Shown here: one piece after another, positions 1-10,442 of the stretch
How positions within the stretch are numbered: the first letter of the stretch is position 1
Layout of the letters: each line of letters begins with the position of its first letter
Virus record (IMG/VR): IMGVR_UViG_3300014208_000017
Location: 1-40,257 of that record
Source of the DNA: a virus
Taxonomy: Duplodnaviria; Caudoviricetes
DNA: 40,257 nt
Reading direction: 5' to 3' (one strand)
The notes under the pieces: generated by a model
Told to the model about the DNA's origin: nothing
The model's database searches: none
Seen by the model: only the letters and a program-made list of their open reading frames with translations
Made by a program: the position numbers and the translations under genes

Positions 1-123
1 AACAGCAGTTTCTGATGCGGCATTAGAAAGCAATCCGCCTTATTTCTTGGATATCAATACTACAGGCTCTATCAGCAGTGTTAAATTACGCCAGCGCTTT
101 CAGGGTGACCCACGTTTATTGCT
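1..123. repeat. Terminal direct repeat (copy 1) marking a circular/complete assembly
   Basis: 1-123 (aacagcagtt...tttattgct) is identical to 40135-40257, and one ORF reads through the junction. Confidence 0.95.
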
Positions 124-1555
124 TAATGGTTTCATATCAACCACGATTGAGGTAGCATCAGTTAGCAGTGAAGCTATTTTATTTGCTGTCAATTATGTTC
201 CTTCTGCCGGGACCTATTCAAAAGAATTGTTGAATGGATTTACCACTAATAACTCACAATTTACGACTTTATCACATACTGTATCTACCACAGGAACAGG
301 CGAGAGTTCCGCAACTGCGCCGACTGGATATGTTGATATTGAGATTGTATGGCCTGCATTAAAGAATATTCAGATTACGAGCATTCAGATTGCAAGCGTT
401 CAGAATGAATCATCGAGTGTTGAGTTTATTGAGCAGTCGACGGCAAGACAGGTTGATCATCTTTTCCATTACTATAAACCTGAATTGGAATACAAGCCTA
501 TTCCTAGTATGCTTGCAGGATGGGATTTCCCTTTGAATCCTGCACAAGCTCTTGGTTCGTCGGTAACTATGAATACTACAGCAGCATATATTTGGGACCA
601 AACCATTTGCAAAAGTGTTGTAGGAAATATTGCTGTAATTCGTAATACAGTTACCGGTGGTTTCCAAGCAACAACAGCTAATGCAGCAGAAGCTTTTTAC
701 CAACTACAATATCTTAGTGGCGCACAAGCACAAGAAATTCTCGGAAAACGTTTGGCAGTGAATATCAGTGCCTTTCGAACGCAAACAGGTGGCGCGTGTA
801 ATGTTAAGGTTTATTTATATAGAGGAAATGCGGCATCAAGTTTTCCAGTATTGCCTACTTCGCTTGGAACATTAGCGGCAGACGGAGTGTTTACATTAAC
901 AGCCGTTAATTGGACATTAATTCCGAGAGGAAGTTTAGGTCAAGCATTAGGCTCTTTATCAACCGTTGATACATCTGATTACACCACGCTTAATGATGTG
1001 GTTGATTTAAATTTCAGTGGATGGGAATTAGACGATTCGACGCAAATTGCAGACACTAATAAATTTGCTATGGTTGTTACTTATTCATGCCCGACTACAG
1101 CAACGGTTGTAACAATTAATTCCATAGGATTAATGGCCGGCGATATTGCAACACGTCCTGCACCGCAATCATTAAATGCGGCTTATGCAGATTGTTATTA
1201 TTATTATCAGAAATCGTTTCCTAACCAAACTGTTCCAGCGCAAAATGCTGGGCAAAATGGCGCTGAAAATTCATCAGGAACCATTACTTCTGGCGGGGCA
1301 ATAGCGATAAATATTGGGCCTGTTGTGACATTCCCGGTGACGATGAGAACCGATCCAACAGTGGTTTTATATAACCCCTCAGCTGCCAACGCCTTTATAT
1401 ATAATATAACCAAGACAACAAGCTTCGCCTCAAGTTCTCCTTTTAATACAACTACAAAAGGATTTTCTACATCAGGCAATTCTGGAGGCGCAATTAGCAG
1501 CAGTGATTTATTGGCCGTTCAATGGACAGCAGACGCACGCCTTGGCATAGTTTAG
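1..1555 (+). CDS. 3' part of a ~709-aa tail fibre/tailspike that starts at 39560 and crosses the junction
   Basis: In frame with the ORF from ATG 39560. The C-terminal ADCYYYYQKS...FPVTMRTDPTV resembles fibre C-terminal domains. Lies after the ejection genes, like P22 gene 9. Confidence 0.75.
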   Translation, partial: TAVSDAALESNPPYFLDINTTGSISSVKLRQRFQGDPRLLLNGFISTTIEVASVSSEAILFAVNYVPSAGTYSKELLNGFTTNNSQFTTLSHTVSTTGTGESSATAPTGYVDIEIVWPALKNIQITSIQIASVQNESSSVEFIEQSTARQVDHLFHYYKPELEYKPIPSMLAGWDFPLNPAQALGSSVTMNTTAAYIWDQTICKSVVGNIAVIRNTVTGGFQATTANAAEAFYQLQYLSGAQAQEILGKRLAVNISAFRTQTGGACNVKVYLYRGNAASSFPVLPTSLGTLAADGVFTLTAVNWTLIPRGSLGQALGSLSTVDTSDYTTLNDVVDLNFSGWELDDSTQIADTNKFAMVVTYSCPTTATVVTINSIGLMAGDIATRPAPQSLNAAYADCYYYYQKSFPNQTVPAQNAGQNGAENSSGTITSGGAIAINIGPVVTFPVTMRTDPTVVLYNPSAANAFIYNITKTTSFASSSPFNTTTKGFSTSGNSGGAISSSDLLAVQWTADARLGIV

Positions 1556-1564
1556 GAGAACAAC

Positions 1565-1930
1565 ATGGTTACACCATATAACGCACAATGGACAGTTAAT
1601 GACTTTGGGCAGCCATTTGCGACATTAAAATACAGCGCTTCACTTGCGGCTACTACTGATACGACATTAACTGTGCCTGGTGATGCCCCAAAATACCGCG
1701 CCCTGATTAAAGTAGAAACAAACGGCCTTGTATGGGTTGCATTAAATGCAACGGCAGCGGTTCCTGCGGGTGGCACATTTGCGGCCACTACATCAGAGCT
1801 TATTACCGACGACAGAACATTATGTCGTTACGTCAAAGCCGGCGATGTATTGCATTTTTATACGGCCGGCAGTGGTATTGATGTAAGTGTTGTTCTTTAT
1901 TCAACCGGTGTCACGACATCAGGATTTTAA
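1565..1930 (+). CDS. Virion/tail-associated beta-rich protein (121 aa)
   Basis: AGGAG RBS; T/A/V-rich; lies between fibre genes. Confidence 0.55.
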   Translation: MVTPYNAQWTVNDFGQPFATLKYSASLAATTDTTLTVPGDAPKYRALIKVETNGLVWVALNATAAVPAGGTFAATTSELITDDRTLCRYVKAGDVLHFYTAGSGIDVSVVLYSTGVTTSGF

Positions 1931-1933
1931 TTT

Positions 1934-3901
1934 ATGGCTCAAATTAAGATAAGTGCGCTTACAACGGGTGTTCCAAAGGGAACGGATGAAACCCCTGCTG
2001 TCGATACTACGGATGTCACACAAGCGCCTTCGGGTACTACAAAAAAATACATTCGCAGCGATGAGCTTAATTTTTATCTACAAGCCCAAGGGTTAACGAC
2101 TTATGCCGCTGTTCGCGTAGCCACAGATATTGCATTAACTGTTGTTTATGCCAATGGTACAGCCGGAGTTGGCGCCACTTTAACAAATGCTGGAGCACAA
2201 GCGGCATTGAGTATTGATGGTGTCGCATTAGTGGTTAGTGATAGAGTATTGGTTAAGAATCAATCTTCCACACTCCAAAATGGCATTTATACCGTAACTA
2301 CTATCGGTTCCGATATCACTAACTGGGTAATGACGCGTGCCACCGACTATAATCAGCCAAGTGAAATTATACAATTTGCCGTGGTTTTATCTGATGAAGG
2401 CGCCGATAATGCTGGTTTATTATGGCAGGAAACAGCCGCAGGCCCATGGATAATTGGCACGACGCCTATTGTTTTTGCGCAATATAATGTTGTATCAACT
2501 AGTGGTTCTGTTGCTAGTATTACAGGAACTGCGAATCAAGTTTTAGCTAATGGTGTTACTGGTACCCCAGAAATAGGTGCTGTAACACTTACATTGCCTC
2601 AAGATATTGGTACTACTAGTAGCCCAACATTTAATGCTTTAACACTTACAACAGCATTAACAGTTCCTAATGGCGGCACAGGACTGCAAACAGCAACTGC
2701 TTATGGATTAATTGCAGGCGGCACCACAGCTACAAGTGCATTTCAATCTTTAAACACCGGTTCTTCTGGGCAATTATTGCAATCAAATGGTACATCGGCA
2801 TTACCTACATGGACAACCGCAACCTTTCCGTCTGGCTCCGGCACATTGAATCACATGTTACGTTCTGATGGAACAAATTGGGTTGAAACCACAGCTACTA
2901 CTTTAGATGCTTCGGATAATCTTGCTGGATTGACATCAGTAAGAGCGGGAAATCTTGAACTAATTGGTAATTCATTAATATCAACAGACACAAACGGACA
3001 TATTAATTTAGTGCCAAATGGTTCGGGAGTTACTATTGTTGGTGGAAGCTCGTCATTTACGACGGCAACCGGCGGCATCCTTCAAGTTGAGGCTATTAAT
3101 GCCAATGCACCCATTGCAATAGGCGCTTTCGGTGCTGCTAATTATTCTTTATTAAATGCATTTAAGAGCAGAAGCGCCGTTATTGGCTCTTTTACCGCCG
3201 TACAAAGTGGTGATACATTATTCATACAAAATGCGCTTGGCGATGACGGCACACAATTTACTGCGGCATGTAGGTTGACAGCTTCTGTTGGAGGCGCGGT
3301 TTCTAATGGTGTTGTTCCGGGTGTATGGGCTTGCGCTACTGCTTCTCTTACTGGTGTCATGACAACTGGATGGACATTAGATTCAAACCAGATTTTTACA
3401 CTTACGCATCCGTTGGCGGTGGGAAGTGGCGGCCTTGGCATTACAACAACGCCATCCAACGGCCAAATCCCTATAGGAAATGGAACAACATATACAGCTG
3501 CTACATTAACAGCAGGTACAGGGGTATCCATTACCAATGGCTCTGGAAGTGTAACCATTGCCTCCACAGGCGGCGGCATGACATGGACTACGACAGCAGG
3601 AACCACACAAGCAGCTGCTGTAAATAATGGTTATATATCAGGTAATGCAGCACAGACAACATTTACATTGCCAGCTACAGCTGCGATAGGCGATAAAGTG
3701 GCCGTGGAAGGGCTTGGCGCTGGTGGCTGGATATTGGCGGCCAATACTGGCCAAACGATAAAAATAGGTACAAGCACAACATCCAGCGCTGGCACATTAA
3801 CAAGTGCTGCGGCTAGTGATAATGTTTATGTAACATGTATCGTTGCAAATTTGACTTGGCGTGTTCAAACAACGAACTCAACTGGCTTGGTGGTGGCATA
3901 A
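1934..3901 (+). CDS. Tail fibre protein (655 aa)
   Basis: N-terminal MAQIKISAL, RVLVKNQ...QNGIY domain, G/T/A/S-rich fibre repeats (VPNGGTG, LAVGSGG). Confidence 0.8.
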   Translation: MAQIKISALTTGVPKGTDETPAVDTTDVTQAPSGTTKKYIRSDELNFYLQAQGLTTYAAVRVATDIALTVVYANGTAGVGATLTNAGAQAALSIDGVALVVSDRVLVKNQSSTLQNGIYTVTTIGSDITNWVMTRATDYNQPSEIIQFAVVLSDEGADNAGLLWQETAAGPWIIGTTPIVFAQYNVVSTSGSVASITGTANQVLANGVTGTPEIGAVTLTLPQDIGTTSSPTFNALTLTTALTVPNGGTGLQTATAYGLIAGGTTATSAFQSLNTGSSGQLLQSNGTSALPTWTTATFPSGSGTLNHMLRSDGTNWVETTATTLDASDNLAGLTSVRAGNLELIGNSLISTDTNGHINLVPNGSGVTIVGGSSSFTTATGGILQVEAINANAPIAIGAFGAANYSLLNAFKSRSAVIGSFTAVQSGDTLFIQNALGDDGTQFTAACRLTASVGGAVSNGVVPGVWACATASLTGVMTTGWTLDSNQIFTLTHPLAVGSGGLGITTTPSNGQIPIGNGTTYTAATLTAGTGVSITNGSGSVTIASTGGGMTWTTTAGTTQAAAVNNGYISGNAAQTTFTLPATAAIGDKVAVEGLGAGGWILAANTGQTIKIGTSTTSSAGTLTSAAASDNVYVTCIVANLTWRVQTTNSTGLVVA

Positions 3902-3902
3902 T

Positions 3903-5084
3903 ATGGCAACTATAAATCAAATTGGACTGGGATTATCAGGCGCTTCTGGAACAGGTAATTTCGCAGGTAATGTATCGCCTCAATTTACAACACCTGCATT
4001 GGGCACACCTACATCTGGTCTATTGTCCAGCTGCACTGGATTGCCATTAACCACTGGAGTTACAGGAATATTAGGCGCATCAAATGGTGGCACTGGAATT
4101 AATAATGGCTCGTCAACTATAACGCTTGGCGGTTCATTAACAACTTCTGGCGCATTTGCATCTACATTTACGATGACGGGAGCCACAAACGTCACATTCC
4201 CCGTTTCAGGAACACTTGCAACAACTGGTGGGTCTGTGGTGAGTTTACAGGGAACCGCTAATCAGGTGCTTGTAAATGGCACAAGTGGTAGCCCTGTTAC
4301 TGGAACGGCAATCACTTTGACCACTCCACAGAATATAGGAACTACAAGTACCCCAATATTTGGTGGACTTACAGCAATTAATGGTATTGCGAATTTCTTT
4401 AATAGCATTCGAGTTGGCTCTGCTGCTACACCATCGGGCGACCCTTCATTATACTTATTTTCACCGACGGCAAATCTTGGATCATTTGGATTAACCGCTG
4501 TGAATAATGCAGGGGCGTTTAATAATTCATTAACGCATGCTTCCACTGCGGCTAACCGTACATGGACATTACCTGATGCTACTGGAACAGTCCTTATCAC
4601 AGGAACAGCCATTAATAGCGTCCCAAGCATTACCTTTTCATCAACATCCGGCATCATCGGCACAACAACGAATAATGATGCTTCTGCAGGGAGCGTTGGA
4701 GAGCTTATCTCCTCAACTATTGCATCAGGCTCCGCTGTGTCTTTATCAACTGGAACAGCGGCGAATGTTACAAGCATTAGCCTTACGGCGGGTGATTGGC
4801 AAGTATGGGGAAATGTTACTTTTGTCGTTAGCGGCGGGGTGACTAATGCAACATATCAACGCGCTTGGACATCATTGACATCTGCAACCGCACCAGATGC
4901 GTCGCTGATGACTGCTACATCAAATAATGCGGGCGTAACTTTTGCGGTCAATCCCGGAATAATGACGCCAACATTAAGGGTTTCTATTTCTGGAACCACT
5001 ACAGTTTATTTGTCTGCGCAATCTGCTTTTTCGGCTAGCACGACATCAGTATGTGGCGGAATTTACGCAAGAAGATTACGTTAA
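3903..5084 (+). CDS. Tail fibre protein (393 aa; ATG 3903)
   Basis: TPALGTPTSG, ASNGGTG, RTWTLPDATGT and SISLTAGDWQVWG motifs typical of fibres; shares a module with 1934-3901. Confidence 0.8.
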   Translation: MATINQIGLGLSGASGTGNFAGNVSPQFTTPALGTPTSGLLSSCTGLPLTTGVTGILGASNGGTGINNGSSTITLGGSLTTSGAFASTFTMTGATNVTFPVSGTLATTGGSVVSLQGTANQVLVNGTSGSPVTGTAITLTTPQNIGTTSTPIFGGLTAINGIANFFNSIRVGSAATPSGDPSLYLFSPTANLGSFGLTAVNNAGAFNNSLTHASTAANRTWTLPDATGTVLITGTAINSVPSITFSSTSGIIGTTTNNDASAGSVGELISSTIASGSAVSLSTGTAANVTSISLTAGDWQVWGNVTFVVSGGVTNATYQRAWTSLTSATAPDASLMTATSNNAGVTFAVNPGIMTPTLRVSISGTTTVYLSAQSAFSASTTSVCGGIYARRLR

Positions 5085-5093
5085 GGAGCCAAC

Positions 5094-5318
5094 ATGTTAG
5101 AAGAACAGCAGTTACCCGTTTATTTTACAAATATAGACACAACAAACAATGCATTAACGGCTGTGTTTACTACTGTGATACTGAAAGACGGGGTTGAGAT
5201 AACAAGAATTGTAGATAATCGTAATTATGATTCTACTAATTTTGCAGAATTACAGGGACTGCTTCCGGTGGATTCTGATGAAGCGGCATATTTAACTAAA
5301 GTAGTTAATAGAGTTTAA
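5094..5318 (+). CDS. Small acidic protein, possible fibre chaperone
   Basis: AAGGAG RBS; directly follows a fibre gene; function inferred from position only. Confidence 0.4.
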   Translation: MLEEQQLPVYFTNIDTTNNALTAVFTTVILKDGVEITRIVDNRNYDSTNFAELQGLLPVDSDEAAYLTKVVNRV

Positions 5319-5341
5319 TCATAACGATAAGGATTTTAATC

Positions 5342-6598
5342 ATGTCAATTCTAAACATACAAACGGCACAGCCAACAGGATTGGCAAGTGTTATTCCAAG
5401 TTTAATTTATATCGAAACTACGGACACATATGCCACGGTTACTACAACAGGTTATTTAACTGCACAAAAACAACAAGGATTTACCTTTAGCAACGACCAA
5501 ATGGCGCTTGTTAAAACATCTGATGATGGCGTTGTTTGGCTTAAAGTGGTTATTACTTATTCTGGCGCTACGATTGAGAATACGGTTGTAAGTTTGGTGC
5601 AAATTAGCTCTCCAGGTGATGTTGTATTGCCTACGATTGCAAATCATTTAATTGTATCTACAGATGTGGCTGGTACATTAGGTAATTTGACTGGCACTGC
5701 AATTAATAATGGCAGCATACAGGCTGGCTTGATCACAGGAACTGCAGGAACATTTATCTCTTATGCGGCAAGTGCAAATAAAGGCGCACTGATTCTAGCA
5801 GCTGTTGCAAATACCGGAAATACAAATACAACACTTAGTAATGTTGCTATGGGGCAGGCATCTGTTATTAGTATTCCAGATCCCGCGAACGCTATTGGTC
5901 GATTATTAATTGGCGCAACAGCCACTCCATTTGTATCTGGTAATTTCCCCGTAAATTCCGGCACAGGCGGGTTAATGGTAGATTCTGGCGTTCCTGCCGC
6001 TAATTTAATCCAGAATTCTGTAGCTGGCGGACAAACTATTGCAGCAAGTAGCGCATCAGCTACTCCGGGAACAATCAGAGCTATTACTGGGGCTATGACA
6101 GAAAGTAATGCCGTTATGACCAGTGGTAATGTGGTTGGTGTGCGCGGCTCCGTAACGAACGTAGGTGCTAGTGGCGGATTTATCTATGGTGTTCAAGGCA
6201 AGGTTATTAGTTCAGGAACATTATCTGGCTCTAGCTGGACTGCAGGCGTATTTGGGCAGCTAGATATTTCTACCGCAACTGTAACCGCTGGCCAAACTGC
6301 CTGTATCTGGGGTGACTATGGTACAACATCAGGAACAATTACAGATGCTACTGGGATGCGTGGCGTAGCAATGACGAATACAACTGCAGCAGTTCTTAAT
6401 GCTCAGGATTATCGTTATGGTAATGCTACATATTTGCTTGAGCTTGCGGGCGCCGGTGGTACATTGAATTATTATGCTGCTGCTGGTACCTCTGCTGGAA
6501 GCGCAGGAGATGCGGCTCATTGTGCTGCACAGCAAGTTATTAAGATCGAGATTAATGGCGTGGCATGTTATATACCTGTATTTACCCAGAACAGTTAA
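5342..6598 (+). CDS. Virion structural / fibre-like protein (418 aa)
   Basis: G/A/T/S-rich with beta-solenoid-like repeats (GVRG, GVQG, GVFG); in the tail cluster. Confidence 0.6.
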   Translation: MSILNIQTAQPTGLASVIPSLIYIETTDTYATVTTTGYLTAQKQQGFTFSNDQMALVKTSDDGVVWLKVVITYSGATIENTVVSLVQISSPGDVVLPTIANHLIVSTDVAGTLGNLTGTAINNGSIQAGLITGTAGTFISYAASANKGALILAAVANTGNTNTTLSNVAMGQASVISIPDPANAIGRLLIGATATPFVSGNFPVNSGTGGLMVDSGVPAANLIQNSVAGGQTIAASSASATPGTIRAITGAMTESNAVMTSGNVVGVRGSVTNVGASGGFIYGVQGKVISSGTLSGSSWTAGVFGQLDISTATVTAGQTACIWGDYGTTSGTITDATGMRGVAMTNTTAAVLNAQDYRYGNATYLLELAGAGGTLNYYAAAGTSAGSAGDAAHCAAQQVIKIEINGVACYIPVFTQNS

Positions 6599-6647
6599 TA
6601 ATAAATAGCGCCCTTAAGTGGGCGCATTTTTAACAAAAGGAAAACAA

Positions 6648-6818
6648 ATGAATTTAGAACAAGTAAAAGATAGAATTAAAGAAATAGCTACAGCTATTGA
6701 ACAATCAGCAGCCAATCATAATGCCCTGCTAGGTCGACTAGGTGAAGCGCAACATATTCTGCAATTATTAGAGAAAGCCGCATTAGATGTTGCCGAAATT
6801 GTAGCAGAAGTTGTTTAA
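6648..6818 (+). CDS. Small coiled-coil protein (56 aa)
   Basis: AAGGA RBS before ATG 6648; heptad pattern. Confidence 0.5.
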   Translation: MNLEQVKDRIKEIATAIEQSAANHNALLGRLGEAQHILQLLEKAALDVAEIVAEVV

Positions 6819-6953
6819 ATCCAAGCTATGCCGTGAGCAGAAGGCCGCCGGGGGTGGCCGTGCTTGGTTTAATATGATAGATTAATTATGCGGCATGTTT
6901 TTATATATGGCCTAACATATAATCCCTTTTTCATGCCGCACCTTGGATGATTT

Positions 6954-7421
6954 ATGGCATTATTGAGACGGATTTTAATCGCATTATGTTCTTTTTATAT
7001 TACCTGTATGGTGATATCTACATTACTGGCTACCAAACAATCACAATATACCATCGATTTTACGCAAATAGCTTGTATTCGTCCTCATTCAAAGTTTAAT
7101 TATTTAACCTGTTCTCCATTAATAGCCAAGGTGAATGATGATGAATTTATTGTTCCTGCTAATTTTGATAGTGATTTGGCATCTATCCCTCATTGGTTTT
7201 GGTCATTTATTACACCAGAATATTCAGCGCTGGTTTATCCTGCCTTATTGCATGATTATTTGTATTTATGCCCGGGAAATTATTCAAGGGATTATGCGGA
7301 TAATGTCTTTTATTCGGCGATGCTTCAAGAAGGGATGAGCAAGCACACGGCTAGCAAGATGTATTGGGCTGTGCGGTGGTTTGGTGGGAGGCATTTTAAT
7401 GAAGGATATGTGTGCGAATGA
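6954..7421 (+). CDS. DUF1353-family protein with N-terminal hydrophobic segment
   Basis: VPANFDSDLASIP...ALLHDYLY...AD.VF...M...YWAVRWFG matches the DUF1353 pattern. Confidence 0.75.
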   Translation: MALLRRILIALCSFYITCMVISTLLATKQSQYTIDFTQIACIRPHSKFNYLTCSPLIAKVNDDEFIVPANFDSDLASIPHWFWSFITPEYSALVYPALLHDYLYLCPGNYSRDYADNVFYSAMLQEGMSKHTASKMYWAVRWFGGRHFNEGYVCE

Positions 7422-7939
7422 ATATTAATGATAGCCGATTCCAATATGCTGTAAATGTGGTGCTTGAGCATGAGGGTGGCTTGAGCAATGACAAGGATGA
7501 TAAAGGCGGTATTACACGGTGGGGTATTAGTCTACGCTATCTTGAGCTTGAGCATATCGACCCAAATGGTGATGGCATTATTGATGCGCATGATGTTCGG
7601 GGGCTTACCAAGCAGGAAGCGATTGATATATACAAGGCTCATTGGTGGAATAAATATTCCTACAACAAGATTAAGGATTTACGGTTGGCAACCAAGGTGT
7701 TTGATTTAGCTGTGAATGCGGGCGCGGTTAGGGCGCATAAATTATTGCAGCAAGCCATTGGAACAACTGTTGATGGCTTATTGGGGCCAAGAACTATCGC
7801 CATAACTAACGTGCAGCAAGCGGGTGAAGTATTGGCGCAATTGAGGCTGGAGGCTCGGGAATTTTATTTGGGGTTGATTCAAGCCAAGCCCATTTACGAA
7901 AAATACAGAAATGGTTGGCTTGCGAGGGCGGCATGGTAA
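7418..7939 (+). CDS. Endolysin, glycoside hydrolase family 108 with C-terminal peptidoglycan-binding domain
   Basis: HEGG.S.D..D.GG.T.WGI catalytic motif, FDLAVNAG, VDGLLGPRT and C-terminal GWLAR. Confidence 0.9.
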   Translation: MNINDSRFQYAVNVVLEHEGGLSNDKDDKGGITRWGISLRYLELEHIDPNGDGIIDAHDVRGLTKQEAIDIYKAHWWNKYSYNKIKDLRLATKVFDLAVNAGAVRAHKLLQQAIGTTVDGLLGPRTIAITNVQQAGEVLAQLRLEAREFYLGLIQAKPIYEKYRNGWLARAAW

Positions 7940-8274
7940 ATCGTGAAGCTATAGAACAAATAAAAGTAGCTGAATTTGTTAAGCAATGCACGGATTTGCC
8001 GTTCATCCACATCGCAAATGAACGTCGCACAAGCCCTCAACAAGGTGCATTATTGAAGCGCATGGGCGTACGTGCCGGAGTCAGTGATATCTTTATTCCT
8101 AGAGCGAATCAATATTATCACGGTTTATTTATTGAGCTGAAAACCCTAACTGGCAAAGCATCGCCTGCTCAAAAACAATTTGTTAGAGATATGATTGCTG
8201 AAGGTTATGAAGCAGTGTTTGCGTATGGTGCGGAGGATTGTATTGCTATAATTAAAGAATTTTATGGTATTTAG
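7933..8274 (+). CDS. VRR-NUC domain nuclease
   Basis: HIANE...GVRAGVSDIF...FIELK...ASPAQKQF PD-(D/E)xK pattern. Confidence 0.9.
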   Translation: MVNREAIEQIKVAEFVKQCTDLPFIHIANERRTSPQQGALLKRMGVRAGVSDIFIPRANQYYHGLFIELKTLTGKASPAQKQFVRDMIAEGYEAVFAYGAEDCIAIIKEFYGI

Positions 8275-8290
8275 TTAAAGTATACCTGCA

Positions 8291-9976
8291 CTATTCTGAT
8301 GAATTAGTTTGAAAAACCTTTTTCACAATCACAATTTCATTCTTATCGTTCATTTTGCAGATTAACGTATGCGGCGTTTTCATGTTCGGGCTATTAATCA
8401 TTTCATTCATTGCAGATAAGTTCTGCATCTTCATGTAGTAATCGCTAGCGTTTGTGACGTGTACCCTTAAAAACTTAGCGTAGAAAATGTTAAGTGCTTT
8501 TTGGCTTTTGAAATAGAATTTTTCAACGATAGGCGCCTTAGCATTAATGGCGTAATAGAATGCGGTCAATCCTGTACTAGTGACGAAATATTTTGCTCTA
8601 TCCAATTGCACTTCGAATGTTTCTGCTTTTAATCGTGACAGCTTGGCGTTTGGGTCGATGAGTTCTGTTTCACAATTTCGGCAATGGCGGCTTGTAATAT
8701 CGTTTTGTTCTCGGCATTTATGGCATTCTTTGAATTCAAAGTAATGATTGCATCGGCTATCATCAATAACGCCAATGCAACGCCTAGCATGCACAGTATT
8801 ATTAGTCCCACACGTATAACACGGGATAATATATTCTTGTTCATTTTCTGGCCCTGGTTGTAATGCTTGGTTAATGATGGGATCGTCTATGTCGCCATGA
8901 CGGTCTAAATTTTGTGCATAATCCAGCACCAATGAGGATATTTTAGATGGATGTAATCGCAAAACACGCCCGATGCCTTGGGTGTACAGCACAAGTGATT
9001 CAGTCGGCCTAAGCCAAGCACATACATCAAAATTAGGAATATCAACCCCAACATTAAGGCAATTAACCGATATAAGGTACCGAATGGCACCCAGCTTCGC
9101 TGCTGCCAATATTTCTTTACGCTCATGATGTGGTGTCTCTCCCGTAATTATCGCCCATTGCCCATTAGGAAGCGCTCTAGCGCACTCTTCACAATGTTTT
9201 CTAGTCGCTGCAAAGATAAACGCACCATTGCGCCCATTTTCAACAACAGCCTGTACTTCCCGCATGATTTCAGCGGTTAATCGTTCATTTTTATCAATCA
9301 CAGCTTGTACTTCAGATTGATTAAATTTTCCCATGTTATTGACACGCAATTTGCTATAATCGAACGAATCGGCGTGGGTTAATCCGAATAACGCTGGAAC
9401 TAGGAAATTCTCGCCGATTAAATAGCTTGTCGAAATATTACAGACTTCCTCTTTAAAGAATTGCGAAGCGCCCACTATTGATATGCCTTTTCCTCTGTAT
9501 GGGGTGCCCGTTAATCCTACAATTCTGAATGAACGCTGTGCCTCCTGGGCCTTGAAGCCATAGTGATTTAAGATACGCATGTACATGGTATTGGGGTTGT
9601 TGCCATCTACGCCATGGCATTCATCGATGACAATTAGATTCAACGGTATATCGGGCAATCCTTTAACGATGGAATGTGGGCTTGCGAATATCACAGGCTG
9701 ATGAATGTCTTTTGATTCCAATGCCGCACAATAGATGCCAGGATTTCCGCCTTGTATGCGATAGGTTTCGGCATTCTGCTCTATCAGCGTGCTGTTCATA
9801 GTAAGGCATAAGGCGCGATATCCGGCACGCTCCATGTCGAGCAATAGCTCGGACAGGATAAGTGACTTTCCGGCCCCCACGCTTGCCGTAACAAGCAATG
9901 GATGGGTTGTTTGCTTTAGGCGTTGGCGTAGGGTGTTTAGGGCCGTTTGTTGGTAGGGGCGGAGTTGTTTAATCAT
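8291..9976 (-). CDS. Superfamily 2 helicase, RadD/YejH-like, with C-terminal Zn-finger
   Basis: LRPYQ, GAGKS, DECH, TGTP, GVDIP and QGIGRVLR motifs; CxxC clusters. Confidence 0.9.
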   Translation of the reverse strand: MIKQLRPYQQTALNTLRQRLKQTTHPLLVTASVGAGKSLILSELLLDMERAGYRALCLTMNSTLIEQNAETYRIQGGNPGIYCAALESKDIHQPVIFASPHSIVKGLPDIPLNLIVIDECHGVDGNNPNTMYMRILNHYGFKAQEAQRSFRIVGLTGTPYRGKGISIVGASQFFKEEVCNISTSYLIGENFLVPALFGLTHADSFDYSKLRVNNMGKFNQSEVQAVIDKNERLTAEIMREVQAVVENGRNGAFIFAATRKHCEECARALPNGQWAIITGETPHHERKEILAAAKLGAIRYLISVNCLNVGVDIPNFDVCAWLRPTESLVLYTQGIGRVLRLHPSKISSLVLDYAQNLDRHGDIDDPIINQALQPGPENEQEYIIPCYTCGTNNTVHARRCIGVIDDSRCNHYFEFKECHKCREQNDITSRHCRNCETELIDPNAKLSRLKAETFEVQLDRAKYFVTSTGLTAFYYAINAKAPIVEKFYFKSQKALNIFYAKFLRVHVTNASDYYMKMQNLSAMNEMINSPNMKTPHTLICKMNDKNEIVIVKKVFQTNSSE

Positions 9977-10209
9977 GCTTTTTCTGCAAGAACCCTGGCT
10001 TCTTCTGGCGTTAATAATCTATTTAAATATTCCGCGCTTATAGGGCCATCTATGCAGAAATCTGCAACCTGACCTCCTGGATTAATGCCTAATCTATGTG
10101 CTTTTATTACTGCTGAAATAATATCATTGGCATGCACAATAACAACACCAAGGTTTTTTCCAGTTTCTTCACTGGCAAATGATAGCCAATGTAACTCTGT
10201 TTTATTCAT
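9973..10209 (-). CDS. Hypothetical protein
   Basis: AGGA RBS before ATG 10209; ATGA overlap with the helicase. Confidence 0.6.
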   Translation of the reverse strand: MNKTELHWLSFASEETGKNLGVVIVHANDIISAVIKAHRLGINPGGQVADFCIDGPISAEYLNRLLTPEEARVLAEKA

Positions 10210-10220
10210 TCTTATATTCC

Positions 10221-10442
10221 TTAACAAACATGACAATAATGTGTATAGCTAGCATCCCACATAGCGCCGCATTTATGGCATATTGTTGGCTGTACTGGTG
10301 CTTTAATAGAACCAGATCCCATGTCATGTATTTTGGTAGCTGTTGTTCCAATAACTGTCTTACAAAAACACTGCGGCAACCATGGCGCACAGGCTGTATT
10401 GCATTTTGGGCATATCCAGCCGTTGTTATGGGTTGGGTTCAT
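10221..10442 (-). CDS. Small Zn-ribbon protein
   Basis: GWICPKC..., CHKC, CHVC. Confidence 0.6.
   Translation of the reverse strand: MNPTHNNGWICPKCNTACAPWLPQCFCKTVIGTTATKIHDMGSGSIKAPVQPTICHKCGAMWDASYTHYCHVC

Noticed and set aside
47-1555. Stand-alone 502-aa protein starting at TTG 47
   Set aside because: The frame is open back through the junction to ATG 39560/39548
410-6535. Minus-strand ORFs within the tail genes, and similar shadow ORFs in terL, portal and coat
   Set aside because: Antisense shadows of long real genes, with no RBS or motifs
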